A stretch of DNA of 64,000 nt, from the NCBI GenBank assembly GCA_900759525.1, contig CAAEVR010000164.1, forward strand, positions 2,940 to 66,939. Reading direction: 5' to 3'. Below are positions 1-10,574 of this stretch, one piece after another; position 1 is the first letter of the stretch, and every line of letters starts with the position of its first letter. A program made the position numbers and the translations under genes. Under the pieces are notes generated by a model. It ran no database searches. It was not told where the DNA came from and saw only the letters and a program-made list of their open reading frames with translations. The DNA is from an uncultured Bacteroides sp. (GTDB lineage Bacteria; Bacteroidota; Bacteroidia; Bacteroidales; Bacteroidaceae).

Positions 1-1014
1 TGCGGGATAGCCACTCAGAATAGCCACCAGTCCACGGTCTGTGCGGAAACTGTTGGCATAAAAATTTGTAAAGAGTACTCCCTCCCTTGCCAGACTGTCC
101 ATCTGTACGGCAACATCCGGTTCACCGCCCAAAGTTGTCATCAATCTGGATGAGAAGCTCTCCAATATAACAAAAATAACATTGGGACGTTCTGTCTTGA
201 ATAAAGTCATACGTAAAGTATCGGGAACTATTGCAGTATTGTCCAGCACTGACGGATCTACCAGATTCTTTATCAACTCATCCGCCTGTGCCGCTTCCAT
301 AAAACGATATTGCTTGCCGAAATCTTTTTGCTTGGATAGAGATTCCATCAGGCTGAATGCCGGATTGATAGCTGCATGGTTCAAGCGTTGGTTGGAACTG
401 AAATAAACTTTGCCGGTGTTCATTGTAGAAACGGTAAAACCGCCACGGATAGGAATAAAGAGCAAACCGGTCAGTAACAGCATTACACCTGACACCGACA
501 ATCGGCGATAAGGCAGTTTCATCCTTTTCCAGATACCTTTCTGTATCCAAAGAAAAAGAGCATAAAGCAATGATGCATACAGGATCATGGCTACTATTCC
601 TCCCAGCACCTGCCATATACTGATACTTGCCAGCGCATCTTTGGGAGAAGAGAAGAAATAAAAGAGCGGTGTAGCATCCAGACGGAAGCCCCAATACTCA
701 TATAAACCTATATCAACAATGAAAATGACAGCGAGCAAAACAGCGATGAAGAAGTAATAGCCGTTCCAGATACGGTGGAGTGCCTTGGAAAGTGTCCAGG
801 CGGACGCTATGAAGAGTAGTCCAGGAATAGCCGTTAAATATCCGGCAAGCGAGAGGTCGAGGGGCAAACCATTCCAGATAACCTTGAAAGGGTCTGTCCA
901 GGAAGTTCCTGCATACAACGAACTGTAGTAGAGTATAAATAACGGTTTCTGTAGTATAAAGATACAGACGAAGAGAATGTACGTCTTTATCAATCCAATA
1001 AGCCTTTCTTTCAT
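1..1014 (-). CDS. LTA synthase family / sulfatase-like membrane protein, 3' end runs off the window
   Basis: Not in the ORF track because there is no stop in the window. Manual translation from ATG 1014: MKERLIGLIKTYILFVCIFILQKPLFILYY..., several TM segments, then RPNVIFVILESFS (sulfatase/LtaS metal-binding strand). TATTTTTG -7 box at 1048-1055. Confidence 0.85.
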   Translation of the reverse strand, partial: MKERLIGLIKTYILFVCIFILQKPLFILYYSSLYAGTSWTDPFKVIWNGLPLDLSLAGYLTAIPGLLFIASAWTLSKALHRIWNGYYFFIAVLLAVIFIVDIGLYEYWGFRLDATPLFYFFSSPKDALASISIWQVLGGIVAMILYASLLYALFLWIQKGIWKRMKLPYRRLSVSGVMLLLTGLLFIPIRGGFTVSTMNTGKVYFSSNQRLNHAAINPAFSLMESLSKQKDFGKQYRFMEAAQADELIKNLVDPSVLDNTAIVPDTLRMTLFKTERPNVIFVILESFSSRLMTTLGGEPDVAVQMDSLAREGVLFTNFYANSFRTDRGLVAILSGYPA

Positions 1015-1125
1015 CAGCTTTTTCTCTTTTTATATTTATATTGAGCGCAAAAATAGTTGTTTTATTCTATTTTACGCCAATATTGTTCAAGAAAACCGTG
1101 AAAGATAGGCTTATAGAGTTTTTTT

Positions 1126-1782
1126 TTATCCGTTTACACGTTTATAGTCTTCAAGAAACTTTTTCAACCCGGAATCCGTCAACGGATGATTAAGCAGACC
1201 TTTGATGGCAGACAACGGACAGGTTGCTACATCAGCCCCTACTTCAATACATTGCATGATGTGCGCTGTATGACGAATGGAAGCTGCAAGTACCTGTGTA
1301 GTATAACCGTAATATCGATACATTTCTACAATCTTGCCTACCAGTGCAATACCGTCTTCACAGATGTCATCCAGACGCCCGACAAACGGAGAAACATAAG
1401 TAGCTCCTGCCTTGGCGGCCAGCAATGCTTGTCCTACGGAAAATACTAATGTGCAATTGGTACGGATCCCTTTGGAAGTAAAATATTTGACAGCCTTGAT
1501 ACCGTCGGCAATGCAGGGAACTTTTACTACGATGTGAGGGTTGAGTGCGGCAAGTTCTTCACCTTCCTTAATCATACCTTCATAATCCGTAGCGATTACT
1601 TCGGCACTGACATCGCCTTGCACGATGTTGCAGATTTCGACATAATGTTTCCGCTGGTTATCTACTCCTTTGATACCCTCTTTCGCCATGAGCGAAGGAT
1701 TGGTTGTCACTCCATCAAGAACGCCCATATCATAAGCCTCCCGGATTTGATCTAAATTTGCAGTGTCAATAAAAAACTTCAT
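1126..1782 (-). CDS. fsa: Fructose-6-phosphate aldolase / transaldolase family protein
   Basis: MKFFIDTAN, GVTTNPSL, VVKVP (Schiff-base Lys), YVSPFVGRLDD; 218 aa. Confidence 0.93.
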   Translation of the reverse strand: MKFFIDTANLDQIREAYDMGVLDGVTTNPSLMAKEGIKGVDNQRKHYVEICNIVQGDVSAEVIATDYEGMIKEGEELAALNPHIVVKVPCIADGIKAVKYFTSKGIRTNCTLVFSVGQALLAAKAGATYVSPFVGRLDDICEDGIALVGKIVEMYRYYGYTTQVLAASIRHTAHIMQCIEVGADVATCPLSAIKGLLNHPLTDSGLKKFLEDYKRVNG

Positions 1783-1913
1783 GGCATAAACTGTTTTATT
1801 GTGATTTAAAATATAATCATGCTACATCAAACTAATTGAATTTACGAATGTGAAGCATATATAATAAGAACAGATAGTTTAGTTAAATGTTTTCAGTGCA
1901 TGCTATTTTATCC

Positions 1914-2936
1914 TTATAAAGAACAGAACAAGCCAATAAGCCAATAAACTCCGGCTGCCAAAAGCCCACTCACCGGGATCGTCAGCACCCAAGCAGTCAT
2001 CAGACTTCTTGTCACTCCCCAACGTACAGCAGAGAGTCTTTTGGTAGCACCGACTCCAATAATAGCTCCGGTAATTGTATGTGTAGTACTCACCGGAATT
2101 TTCAAGAATTCCGTAAGATATAAAGTAAAAGCACCGGCTGTTTCCGCGACAACACCTTCCAAAGGTGTTACTTTGGTAATCCTGGTACCCATCGTTCTCA
2201 CAATCTTCCACCCACCGGACATTGTGCCAAGCGAAATGGCTGTAAAACAGGAAAATGCCACCCAATCCGGTAAATCCTCAATACTGTTTATTCCCATTCC
2301 CAAACCTTCCGAATGGGCTGCTATCATGGCCGCCGCTATAATACCCATTACTTTTTGCGAATCATTCAAACCATGCCCTATACTGAACATGGCCGAAGAG
2401 ACAAGTTGCAATTTCTTAAACCAGACTTCAGCCGTATGGGGATGTGCACGCCGACAAGCATAAAAAACCAACAATGTAAATCCGAAGGCAACAATCATTC
2501 CTATCAAAGGAGCAAGAAATATGAAAGCCGCAATCTTCAGAATGATATTGAGTTGAATAGCATCGAAACCATGAGCCATAATGGCGGCTCCTGCAAATCC
2601 GCCAATAAGGGTATGGGAAGAAGATGAGGGAATACCTCTCCACCAGGTAAACAGATTCCATGCTATGGCAGCAATCACTCCGGATAATATAATAGGCAGT
2701 GTTATAAACTGTTCCATCACAGTCTTGGACACAGTATTGGCTATACCGAAACCGCCGATTAAATATTTGGCAATAAAAAATGCAACGAAGTTAAAGAAAG
2801 CCGCCCATATTACTGCCTGAAAGGGAGTAAGAACTTTGGTCGATACAATAGTGGCTATTGAGTTTGCCGCATCGTGGAAGCCATTGATATAGTCGAATAT
2901 CAGAGCCAGTACAATAATTATTACTAATAATTCCAT
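1914..2936 (-). CDS. Inorganic phosphate transporter (PiT family)
   Basis: NGFHDAANSIAT, PSSSSH, GHGLNDSQK and PVSTTH PiT signatures. Confidence 0.95.
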   Translation of the reverse strand: MELLVIIIVLALIFDYINGFHDAANSIATIVSTKVLTPFQAVIWAAFFNFVAFFIAKYLIGGFGIANTVSKTVMEQFITLPIILSGVIAAIAWNLFTWWRGIPSSSSHTLIGGFAGAAIMAHGFDAIQLNIILKIAAFIFLAPLIGMIVAFGFTLLVFYACRRAHPHTAEVWFKKLQLVSSAMFSIGHGLNDSQKVMGIIAAAMIAAHSEGLGMGINSIEDLPDWVAFSCFTAISLGTMSGGWKIVRTMGTRITKVTPLEGVVAETAGAFTLYLTEFLKIPVSTTHTITGAIIGVGATKRLSAVRWGVTRSLMTAWVLTIPVSGLLAAGVYWLIGLFCSL

Positions 2937-2950
2937 GTTCTCAGCTTCTT

Positions 2951-3598
2951 CTATGCGTATTTTATAATCAGATTCTTTAGTATCTTACCTACCTGCTCTG
3001 CCACATCGGTTGTTTTTTCCAATTCATGCATGATCTCTTTAATCTTGATAAGTTCAATGCAATCCTTTTCTTCTTCAAAAAGCTTCGTGATAAAGTGTTC
3101 ATATACATCATCTGCCTGATTTTCTATATCATGTAACTTATTGCAGTATCCACGCAAGGCAGCCGGTTTCTGGCGGAAAGTTTCAAGCTCATCCATCGCC
3201 TTGCCAATATATACAGCCTCCTGTTGAATCAGGCGACTCAACTCTTTTCCGCTATCGGAAATCGGGCGGGGATTATAGATATTAATACGTTTGGCACAAC
3301 TGTTTATCCCGTCTATAACGTCATCCATGGTTGAAGCCAACGCATGAATATCTTCACGGTCAAAAGGAGTAATAAAAGTAGTTCCAAGCTCATCAAGGAT
3401 TAAATGAGTTAATTTATCCCCCTCACGTTCCAGGTCTTTTATTCTTTTATAATAATCTGCTCTCTCCTCCGGTTTATCATGTTGTAAACTTTCTACCAAA
3501 AGAGTGGATGATGCAGACAAAATCTCAGACAATTGTTTCAACAGAGGAAAGAACTTAGGTTCTTTGGGAGTAAACCTGCTAAAAAAAGAATTTTTCAT
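2951..3598 (-). CDS. DUF47 phosphate-transport regulator (PhoU-like)
   Basis: LEREGD...TFITPFDREDI...DDVID motif; directly upstream of pit. Start placed at MKNSFF. Confidence 0.9.
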   Translation of the reverse strand: MKNSFFSRFTPKEPKFFPLLKQLSEILSASSTLLVESLQHDKPEERADYYKRIKDLEREGDKLTHLILDELGTTFITPFDREDIHALASTMDDVIDGINSCAKRINIYNPRPISDSGKELSRLIQQEAVYIGKAMDELETFRQKPAALRGYCNKLHDIENQADDVYEHFITKLFEEEKDCIELIKIKEIMHELEKTTDVAEQVGKILKNLIIKYA

Positions 3599-3611
3599 AA
3601 GAATAAACATA

Positions 3612-4265
3612 TCAAATTATTTCTATTTTTTTTGATTTCATTTTTGCCCGTATCACCTCTATAATTGCAGGTAATATGGATATAACTATAATTGCCACAA
3701 TTAACAATTTAAGATTTTCCTGCACAATCGGAAGGTCTCCGAAGAAATATCCGGCATAGCAGAAAAGCGCCACCCAAGCTGCACCTCCTATCAGATTGTA
3801 TACCATGAAATAATAGTAATGCATTTTACCCATTCCTGCTACAAACGGAGCAAAAGTGCGCACAATAGGGACAAACCTGGCTATAATTATGGTCTTGCCT
3901 CCATACTTTTTATAAAATTCATGTGTTTTATCCAAATGACTTTGTTTGAATATTCTGGAATTGGGATTATTGAACAATTTACGCCCGAAGAGATGCCCTA
4001 TCATATAATTACAAGAATCTCCCAAAACTGCGGCGAAAAACAAGATCAAAACAAGAATATTTACCTCAAGAGGCATCCCGGGTAACGAGGCAATAGCTCC
4101 CGCCACAAAGAGTAATGAATCTCCCGGAAGAAAAGGAGTAACAACTAATCCCGTTTCACAAAAAATGATTATGAACAATATTATATAAGTCCAGGCATGA
4201 TATTCCTGCACAATGTTTATCATATATTGATCAATGTGAAGAATAAAATCTAATATAAATTCCAT
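3612..4265 (-). CDS. dedA: DedA family membrane protein
   Basis: [35 protein letters not shown]. Confidence 0.93.
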   Translation of the reverse strand: MEFILDFILHIDQYMINIVQEYHAWTYIILFIIIFCETGLVVTPFLPGDSLLFVAGAIASLPGMPLEVNILVLILFFAAVLGDSCNYMIGHLFGRKLFNNPNSRIFKQSHLDKTHEFYKKYGGKTIIIARFVPIVRTFAPFVAGMGKMHYYYFMVYNLIGGAAWVALFCYAGYFFGDLPIVQENLKLLIVAIIVISILPAIIEVIRAKMKSKKIEII

Positions 4266-4411
4266 TATCTATCGAGTATTAACATATAGGTATATACATA
4301 TTCCACAACAGAGATATGACTTTCCAGTTATTCTCAATGAAAGGAATACATATGAATTGAAGTAATAAGGAGATATAAGACACACTAAATGCCTTATAGA
4401 AAAGAGAAAGA

Positions 4412-4825
4412 TTAAATAATAATATGTCTTAACGCATAGATATAGTATCTACTGGAATAGTGAGTAAGAGAGAGTTGATACGGAAAAGACATTCTTTTTT
4501 CTTCGGGAAGTAGCACCTTTATGGATTTGACGATCTTTGCTACAACTGAAAGGACATTAAATCTTAGAACTTGGGAAGAAGGAATATTACTGCGTGAAAC
4601 AGATGCTGCTATATTACCAATAGCCCTACTTGCATATTCTCCGCCATAGACAACTTTCCTGCATTGTTCTACACCTGCCTTAGATATATTGCATTCCGTC
4701 CTACCCTGCTGCAAGTCTATTACACGAAGTTCCTTATACTCCTTCACATCGTCGGATACAGATTCGAATCCTGATACAAGGAATACACCTAACAATATGC
4801 AAAATAAAAGTATATACTTCGTCAT
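4412..4825 (-). CDS. Small exported hypothetical protein ending YYIYALRHIII; candidate leader/monitoring peptide
   Basis: 137-aa ORF with an N-terminal signal-like hydrophobic stretch. TATATTTG -7 box at 4834-4841, immediately before the ATG. Confidence 0.7.
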   Translation of the reverse strand: MTKYILLFCILLGVFLVSGFESVSDDVKEYKELRVIDLQQGRTECNISKAGVEQCRKVVYGGEYASRAIGNIAASVSRSNIPSSQVLRFNVLSVVAKIVKSIKVLLPEEKRMSFPYQLSLTHYSSRYYIYALRHIII

Positions 4826-5098
4826 AACGGCTGCAAATATAAAAAGTATTTTTCAGAGATGAATCATTTTAGCCTTTGTTTCTTACGACTTATCGAGATG
4901 CGACTGATACAGTAAATGTCAGATAGATCTTTGAATGATGATAAACTGCCCTTACTTTATTATACAAATTCAAACCAATTGCGAAAGAGTCGGGTATTAT
5001 CCGGGAAGTTTCACTTATCGGTACCTTCCCTCTCCCACAAGAAAAAAGGAAAGAAAGCATCAAAACAGGAATAACAGTTTCTTCATAATTTTGACTGA

Positions 5099-6550
5099 TT
5101 ACCGATTACGTTTTAAAACTATGCGATCTGTAATAGTAGCGGGCAACTCCCTTTCATAGTGGGTAACCATAATCATGGTTTTATCCTGCCGCCGACAAAA
5201 TGCTTCGATTATCTTCTTTACCCGCCGACGATTGTATGTATCCAGACCATGCAAAGGCTCATCCAGTATCAATAATTCCGGATCTTTTACAAATGCACGT
5301 GCCAGAAGCGCCAAACGTTGCTCACCGCTGGATAATTGCAAGAAAGGTTTGTCTTTTAAGGCAGCAATACCGAAAATATCCATCCACCATTCACAAACAG
5401 ACATCTGTTCCGCTTTCGGACGCTTGTATAGTCCGATACTGTCATGCAGGCCGGAAGCAACTATTTCAATCGCCGGTAGATTCTTCAAATAAGCACGGTG
5501 CATTTCAGGGCTGACATAACCAATATGTTTCTTTATTTCCCAAATGCTCTCCCCCGTCCCTCTCTTTCTCCCGAACAGACTGATATCGCAAGCGTATGAT
5601 TGAGGATTATCGGCACACACAAGACTAAGTAAAGTAGACTTTCCCGCTCCATTCTCACCACTCAACGCCCACTTCTGTCCGCGCATCACTGTCCAGTCCA
5701 GTTCTTTCAAAATAGTACGGTCACCATAGCGAATACTGACTTTATTCAATCGGACCACTTCATCGGATACATAATTGGTATTATCATAGGGAAGGTCAAT
5801 AATACGCTGCTGTAAATCTTCGGGTACAAGTATATCTGCATTCCGGAATATGGTAAGATATTGGTCACGTTGCATCATTTGCCCTACCGTACGATTAGCT
5901 ATCGGCAATACTCTATTAATATATGCGGGAACATCATCCATCATAGAAAGTATCAGGATAAGTTGTACGGCAGAGCGTTTGGCTAGTCCTGCCAACAAAG
6001 TATTCAGCAATTCACGGGTCTGGGCATCCAGTCCAATGAAAGGATTATCCATGATAAGAACACGGGGAGCTGTAAGTAGTGCTTTCACTAACTGAAATTT
6101 ACGCAACTCACCACTGGAAAGAAGAATCATCGGCTTATCCAGCATAGGTTCAATACGGAATAATTCAAAAAGTTCTTGTTTCAGTTTTTCATCCCTGACT
6201 TCTCCCAACATATCCCTGACTAACGGAACATCATCATGATCATGAGTATTCCAGCGCTGCTGATAATAATAGTTGGCATCCGCCGAACCATACGTATCGC
6301 GAAAAGCAATATATTTGATATTCTCATAGACTGTTTTTGACGTTGAAGGAGAAAAGTCATAGGTTATTGTTCCTTCCTTCAAAGGATATTTTCCGATAAG
6401 CATATCTACCAAAAGGCTTTTTCCAGAACCGTTAGGTCCGACAATGGCAATGTGTTCATCTGCCGGAAAAGATGCGGAAGCAGGTGCAGCTAATCGCACA
6501 AGCGGATTACGGGCCACACCACCCGCCAAACATATAGTATATGGTTGCAT
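5099..6550 (-). CDS. ABC ATP-binding protein with two ATPase domains (ModF-like)
   Basis: Two Walker A motifs (GPNGSGKS, GENGAGKS), LSSGE signatures, LILDEPLHGLD. Confidence 0.88.
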   Translation of the reverse strand: MQPYTICLAGGVARNPLVRLAAPASASFPADEHIAIVGPNGSGKSLLVDMLIGKYPLKEGTITYDFSPSTSKTVYENIKYIAFRDTYGSADANYYYQQRWNTHDHDDVPLVRDMLGEVRDEKLKQELFELFRIEPMLDKPMILLSSGELRKFQLVKALLTAPRVLIMDNPFIGLDAQTRELLNTLLAGLAKRSAVQLILILSMMDDVPAYINRVLPIANRTVGQMMQRDQYLTIFRNADILVPEDLQQRIIDLPYDNTNYVSDEVVRLNKVSIRYGDRTILKELDWTVMRGQKWALSGENGAGKSTLLSLVCADNPQSYACDISLFGRKRGTGESIWEIKKHIGYVSPEMHRAYLKNLPAIEIVASGLHDSIGLYKRPKAEQMSVCEWWMDIFGIAALKDKPFLQLSSGEQRLALLARAFVKDPELLILDEPLHGLDTYNRRRVKKIIEAFCRRQDKTMIMVTHYERELPATITDRIVLKRNR

Positions 6551-6742
6551 TATTTCAGACGCATTTTGTTTAATGATGCTACAAAGATACCAAGTTTTCC
6601 TTTTAAATGCTCAAAATGAGAGCAGTTTAATCAATTCTCCCTTTTTTAAGCAACTAATATGAAAAATAATCCATATATTGGGAACAATTTCCCTAGGAAA
6701 TCTGTTTCTTAAAAAGACATGTATCAAGAGTATTAAAAAAGG

Positions 6743-6940
6743 ATGGAAAAAACATTCGCTAAAAGATATTGGCCTACAATTGTAGGTACAATAATTGGGG
6801 CTATCGGCGGCTATCTATATTGGAGGTATGTCGGCTGTAGCACGGATACTTGTCCAATTACCTCATCTCCACTAAACATCACATTGTGGGGAACTGTCAT
6901 GGGTGGCCTATTAGGGAACATTTTGCAACCAAAAAATTAA
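6743..6940 (+). CDS. Small membrane protein, DUF6132-like (CxxxxC)
   Basis: GAIGGYLYWRYVGCSTDTCPITSSP, two TM helices, 65 aa. Confidence 0.75.
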   Translation: MEKTFAKRYWPTIVGTIIGAIGGYLYWRYVGCSTDTCPITSSPLNITLWGTVMGGLLGNILQPKN

Positions 6941-7224
6941 AAAAAGAACAATCAAGATTATTAATACAGGAGTCTATGAAAAAAAATAAACCTATGTTGA
7001 TTTTTCTGCATACATATGTTGCAAAAGCAAAATCCGGGGAACATAGCCTCGTTATTCCATCAGAAGCTAAAGCAGATATTAATATGGCAAAAAAGATTAG
7101 CGATATGCCTGCTGTAATATATAAACTTGAATTAATGGATATAAGCAATTACCTGAAAAACAGATATTGCTAAAGAATAACACAAACTATAATATAATGC
7201 CCAAACTCTCAATTTAATGTATCC

Positions 7225-7272
7225 GGGCGAATACAGATTCGCCCCTATAAGTAGTATTACTTGTAGGGGCGA
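7225..7272. repeat. GTAG-type REP-like palindrome remnant
   Basis: GGGCGAA-tacaga-TTCGCCCCTATA followed by an inverted partial copy TGTAGGGGCGA. Confidence 0.55.
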
Positions 7273-7297
7273 TGTTTTATTATATATAACGCTATTC

Positions 7298-9295
7298 TTA
7301 TTTATAAATAATCAATGCAGACTGCGCCGGAACTACCACTTCTGATCCGTAAAGTGTACCCAATCCTTTTTCACTGATGAAACCATCCTTGCAAACAACC
7401 GTATACTTACCTTCGGGAACTGTCAGTTTAGCAGGTTCTTTACGTGAGTTCAATGCCACTATAATATCTTCCCATGCATCACTATTGGCATGTTCTTTCA
7501 AACGGTAGGCTATCAAGTTGCTGCCTTCCACCGGAAGGAATTCCAAATGCTTACGTACCATATCTGCATCCCCCATGCGGAAAGCAGGATGATTCTTGCG
7601 TAACCATATCAAGCCTTTATAATAAGCGAAAACATCTGCATGTTCTGATTTACGTTTCCAGTCAATAGCATTAATAGAGTCAGGACTTTGGTAACTGTTA
7701 TGCACACCCTTCTTATCACGCATCACCTCTTCACCGGCATAGATAAACGGTATGCCTTGTGAAGTAAACACAGCCGTCTGCGCCAGTTTATCCAATTTAG
7801 CTAATTCCTGTGAGGTAATCCCCGGTACGCTTGCATTCAACCTGTCAACCAAGCACATATCATCATGGCAAGAAACATAACTGACCATCTGTGTCGGCTG
7901 TTCAGCCCATGAAGCCTTACTGTAATTCACCAAATCATTGTCCACTTGCGGATGCTTGACAGCACCAACAATACCAAACTTGATACTTTCTTCTCCCCCC
8001 GGAACTCCGGCAAGAAAAGCACCTTGATGATTGTCATTGAACGGACCACGCAATCCGTCACGCATTTCATCAGAGAATGCAGCAATACCCGGCATCCGGT
8101 AAGTATTCGCTTTCATAGCCAACGAGTCTTCCGGCATCTGGGGAGCTTTAGCCGCCCAACCCTCACCATAAATAATGATACTCGGATCAACTGCCGTAGC
8201 TGCCTTACGAATTTCATTCATCGTTGCTATATCATGAATACCCATCAGATCAAAGCGGAAACCGTCAAGGTGATACTCATTAAGCCAATGCAACACGGAC
8301 TCTATCATATATTTCCGCATCATAGGGCGGTTACTTGCCGTTTCATTACCGCAAGCGGAAGCATCAGCAAAGCTACCGTCCGGCATCTGGCGATAAAAAT
8401 ATCCCGGCACCGTACGTTCAAAATTGCTTTCAGCGGTATTGAATGTATGGTTATACACCACGTCTAGCACTACGCGAATTCCTGCTTTATGCAATGCCTG
8501 CACCATCTGTTTGAACTCTTTAATACGAACAGCAGGATCATAAGGATCGGTAGAATATGAACCATCAGGCACATTATAGTTCTGCGGATCATACCCCCAA
8601 TTGTATTTGTTTTCATCCAATCTGGTCTCATCTATGGAAGCATAGTCATAAGACGGTAGAAGATGTACGTGTGTCACACCCAGTTCTTTCAAGTGATCAA
8701 TACCGGTTGACAATTGTTCAGGATTCAATGTACCTTCTTCTGTCAATGCCAGGAATTTACCTTTGTGCTGAATGCCGGAAGAAGGATCAATAGAGAAATC
8801 ACGGTGATGCATTTCATAAATAATCGCATCTGCCGGAGAAGCTAATGCAGGGCGTTTATCTGCTGCCCAGCCTTCGGGGTCAGTCGTATTCATATCTATA
8901 ATTGCAGCACGCTTTCCGTTCACTCCTACGGCTTTGGCATTGATACCCGGAGTATCTCCCAGCCATTTATCTTTAATCTTCACATTGAATGTATAGAATT
9001 TCCCTATCAGGTCTTTCTCCACCTTTGCTGTCCAGGTTCCTTCCTTATCAGCCACCATTGAAACGGTTTCATAAGCATGACCACCGTCACCGGTATCAAA
9101 CAACATCAGACGTACTTCATCGGCAGTGGGTGCCCACAATGTAAAATTTGTAAATTCAGGGGTATACTCCATCTCAGTCAAGTCGCCTGAGCGGACAGGA
9201 TACAGCTCATAAGACGCGTACTCTTTTTTCGCCGGAGAACAGCTGACAATCGTAGCAGCGGCCACTCCAATCAAGGCAAGTTCATTCAGTTTCAT
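7298..9295 (-). CDS. pulA: Type I pullulanase (GH13), lipoprotein
   Basis: YNWGYDP, DVVYNH, GFRFDLMG, YGEGW, YVSCHD; lipobox IVSC. Confidence 0.95.
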   Translation of the reverse strand: MKLNELALIGVAAATIVSCSPAKKEYASYELYPVRSGDLTEMEYTPEFTNFTLWAPTADEVRLMLFDTGDGGHAYETVSMVADKEGTWTAKVEKDLIGKFYTFNVKIKDKWLGDTPGINAKAVGVNGKRAAIIDMNTTDPEGWAADKRPALASPADAIIYEMHHRDFSIDPSSGIQHKGKFLALTEEGTLNPEQLSTGIDHLKELGVTHVHLLPSYDYASIDETRLDENKYNWGYDPQNYNVPDGSYSTDPYDPAVRIKEFKQMVQALHKAGIRVVLDVVYNHTFNTAESNFERTVPGYFYRQMPDGSFADASACGNETASNRPMMRKYMIESVLHWLNEYHLDGFRFDLMGIHDIATMNEIRKAATAVDPSIIIYGEGWAAKAPQMPEDSLAMKANTYRMPGIAAFSDEMRDGLRGPFNDNHQGAFLAGVPGGEESIKFGIVGAVKHPQVDNDLVNYSKASWAEQPTQMVSYVSCHDDMCLVDRLNASVPGITSQELAKLDKLAQTAVFTSQGIPFIYAGEEVMRDKKGVHNSYQSPDSINAIDWKRKSEHADVFAYYKGLIWLRKNHPAFRMGDADMVRKHLEFLPVEGSNLIAYRLKEHANSDAWEDIIVALNSRKEPAKLTVPEGKYTVVCKDGFISEKGLGTLYGSEVVVPAQSALIIYK

Positions 9296-9340
9296 GGTAG
9301 TTATTTTAAGTATTAAATGTCATGTATTAAATATAAAATA

Positions 9341-9910
9341 TTATCGTTTCACTTTATCGGGATTCTTGGCTATGAAATCTTTCCAGCCGTGATACCCTTT
9401 CTCTACTGTAGGGCGTCCCATTTGCAGGAAGTGGCAATAAGCGGCAGCAAGACCGTCCGTGGCATCCATAAATGCAGGCATATCTTCCTTTGCAAAATGC
9501 AACATGCGTTGCAACATATCCGCTACCTGCTCCTTGGAAGCCTGACCGTTTCCGGTGATAGCCATTTTAATTTTTAAAGGAGCATATTCCGTGATCGGTA
9601 TATCCCGGCTGAGAGCGGCCGCCATGGCAACACCTTGTGCACGTCCCAACTTCAGCATAGACTGTACATTCTTCCCGAAAAAGGGTGCTTCAATGGCAAG
9701 TTCATCAGGCAGATAGCTCTCGATAATACTCAACACCCGTTCGTGTATATGACGTAATTTCAGGTAATGATCACCCATTTTACGCAGATCAATAATGCCC
9801 ATAGCTATCATCTCAGGTTTTGTTCCCTGTACACGCAAAACTCCGTATCCCATAATGGTCGTACCGGGGTCAATGCCCAGAATTATCTTTTCCTTGACAG
9901 GCTGTATCAC
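9341..9910 (-). CDS. ruvC: Holliday junction resolvase RuvC
   Basis: [34 protein letters not shown]. Confidence 0.97.
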   Translation of the reverse strand: MIQPVKEKIILGIDPGTTIMGYGVLRVQGTKPEMIAMGIIDLRKMGDHYLKLRHIHERVLSIIESYLPDELAIEAPFFGKNVQSMLKLGRAQGVAMAAALSRDIPITEYAPLKIKMAITGNGQASKEQVADMLQRMLHFAKEDMPAFMDATDGLAAAYCHFLQMGRPTVEKGYHGWKDFIAKNPDKVKR

Positions 9911-10212
9911 TCTATCACCTCCATCAGTGTAGGAAACCCTACTACTTTATCCTGGAATATCTTAACCAGCTCTTCGTTCAACTTCGTTCCCTGTTCCAGA
10001 TGCCAGCGATGCAAGATACTGGAGTTTTCCACTTCAAACTGAAGGGAATAGCACGTACTTCCCTCTTCACGATGACTTAGTACACGAACAATACGTGGTG
10101 TATGTAATGCACCAGCCTTTTCTACCTCGGGTAAATAGAATTCTTTTATCCAGATCAGGAAGTTATCTTCCTGTCCTTCTTCTACTTGATAGGTTGTATT
10201 ATAAATCAGCAT
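9907..10212 (-). CDS. DUF4286 family protein
   Basis: [10 protein letters not shown]...YSLQFEV...[10 protein letters not shown]; overlaps the ruvC start by 4 nt. Start moved to ATG 10212. Confidence 0.8.
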   Translation of the reverse strand: MLIYNTTYQVEEGQEDNFLIWIKEFYLPEVEKAGALHTPRIVRVLSHREEGSTCYSLQFEVENSSILHRWHLEQGTKLNEELVKIFQDKVVGFPTLMEVIE

Positions 10213-10324
10213 ATTTTTTCTTTCACTTTGTTTGGCAAACATAGCAATTATTTCAGAATAATGCATTATATTTGCACCACCAAAAAGAGAGAAACCTCGC
10301 AAACGTTAGCGAAGGATAAAAAAA

Positions 10325-10398
10325 GGGGGGTTAGCTCATCTGGCTAGAGCGCGACACTGGCAGTGTCGAGGTGATCGGTTCGAGTCCGATACTCTCCA
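10325..10398 (+). tRNA. tRNA-Ala (anticodon GGC)
   Basis: Acceptor stem GGGGGGT/ACTCTCC with the G3:U70 Ala identity pair, D arm TAGCTCATCTGGCTAGAGC, anticodon arm CGACA-CTGGCAG-TGTCG, T loop GGTTCGAGTCC. No encoded CCA. TATATTTG -7 box at 10267-10274. Confidence 0.97.
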
Positions 10399-10409
10399 CT
10401 ACAGAAAAG

Positions 10410-10446
10410 AGGAATACATCAGAAGAATGATAGATTCCTTTTTTTT
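10410..10446 (+). terminator. Probable intrinsic terminator of tRNA-Ala
   Basis: AGGAAT...ATTCCT stem followed by a T run. Confidence 0.6.
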
Positions 10447-10496
10447 ATTCTATCTCCTCATCTATCTTTTATAAATCCGGAAAAGTAATAAGTAAA

Positions 10497-10552
10497 TAAA
10501 GGTGAAATTGTTTATTCGAGCGTGGATGCTTGAATAAACAATTTCACCTTTA
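10497..10552. terminator. Long hairpin downstream of tonB (about 25-bp arms)
   Basis: TAAAGGTGAAATTGTTTATTCGAGC / GCTTGAATAAACAATTTCACCTTTA inverted repeat between the convergent tRNA and tonB. Confidence 0.7.
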
Positions 10553-10574
10553 GCCAAACAATGCAATACTTATC

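Noticed and set aside
182..694. ORF-track ORFs 182-406 (+) and 278-694 (-)
   Set aside because: They are shadows of the real LTA-synthase-like frame (1014 to <1), which the track missed because it has no stop in the window.
6850..7173. Overlapping ORFs 6850-7173 (+) and 6897-7148 (-)
   Set aside because: No recognisable motifs or good starts in AT-rich DNA. This could be a gene remnant but cannot be supported.
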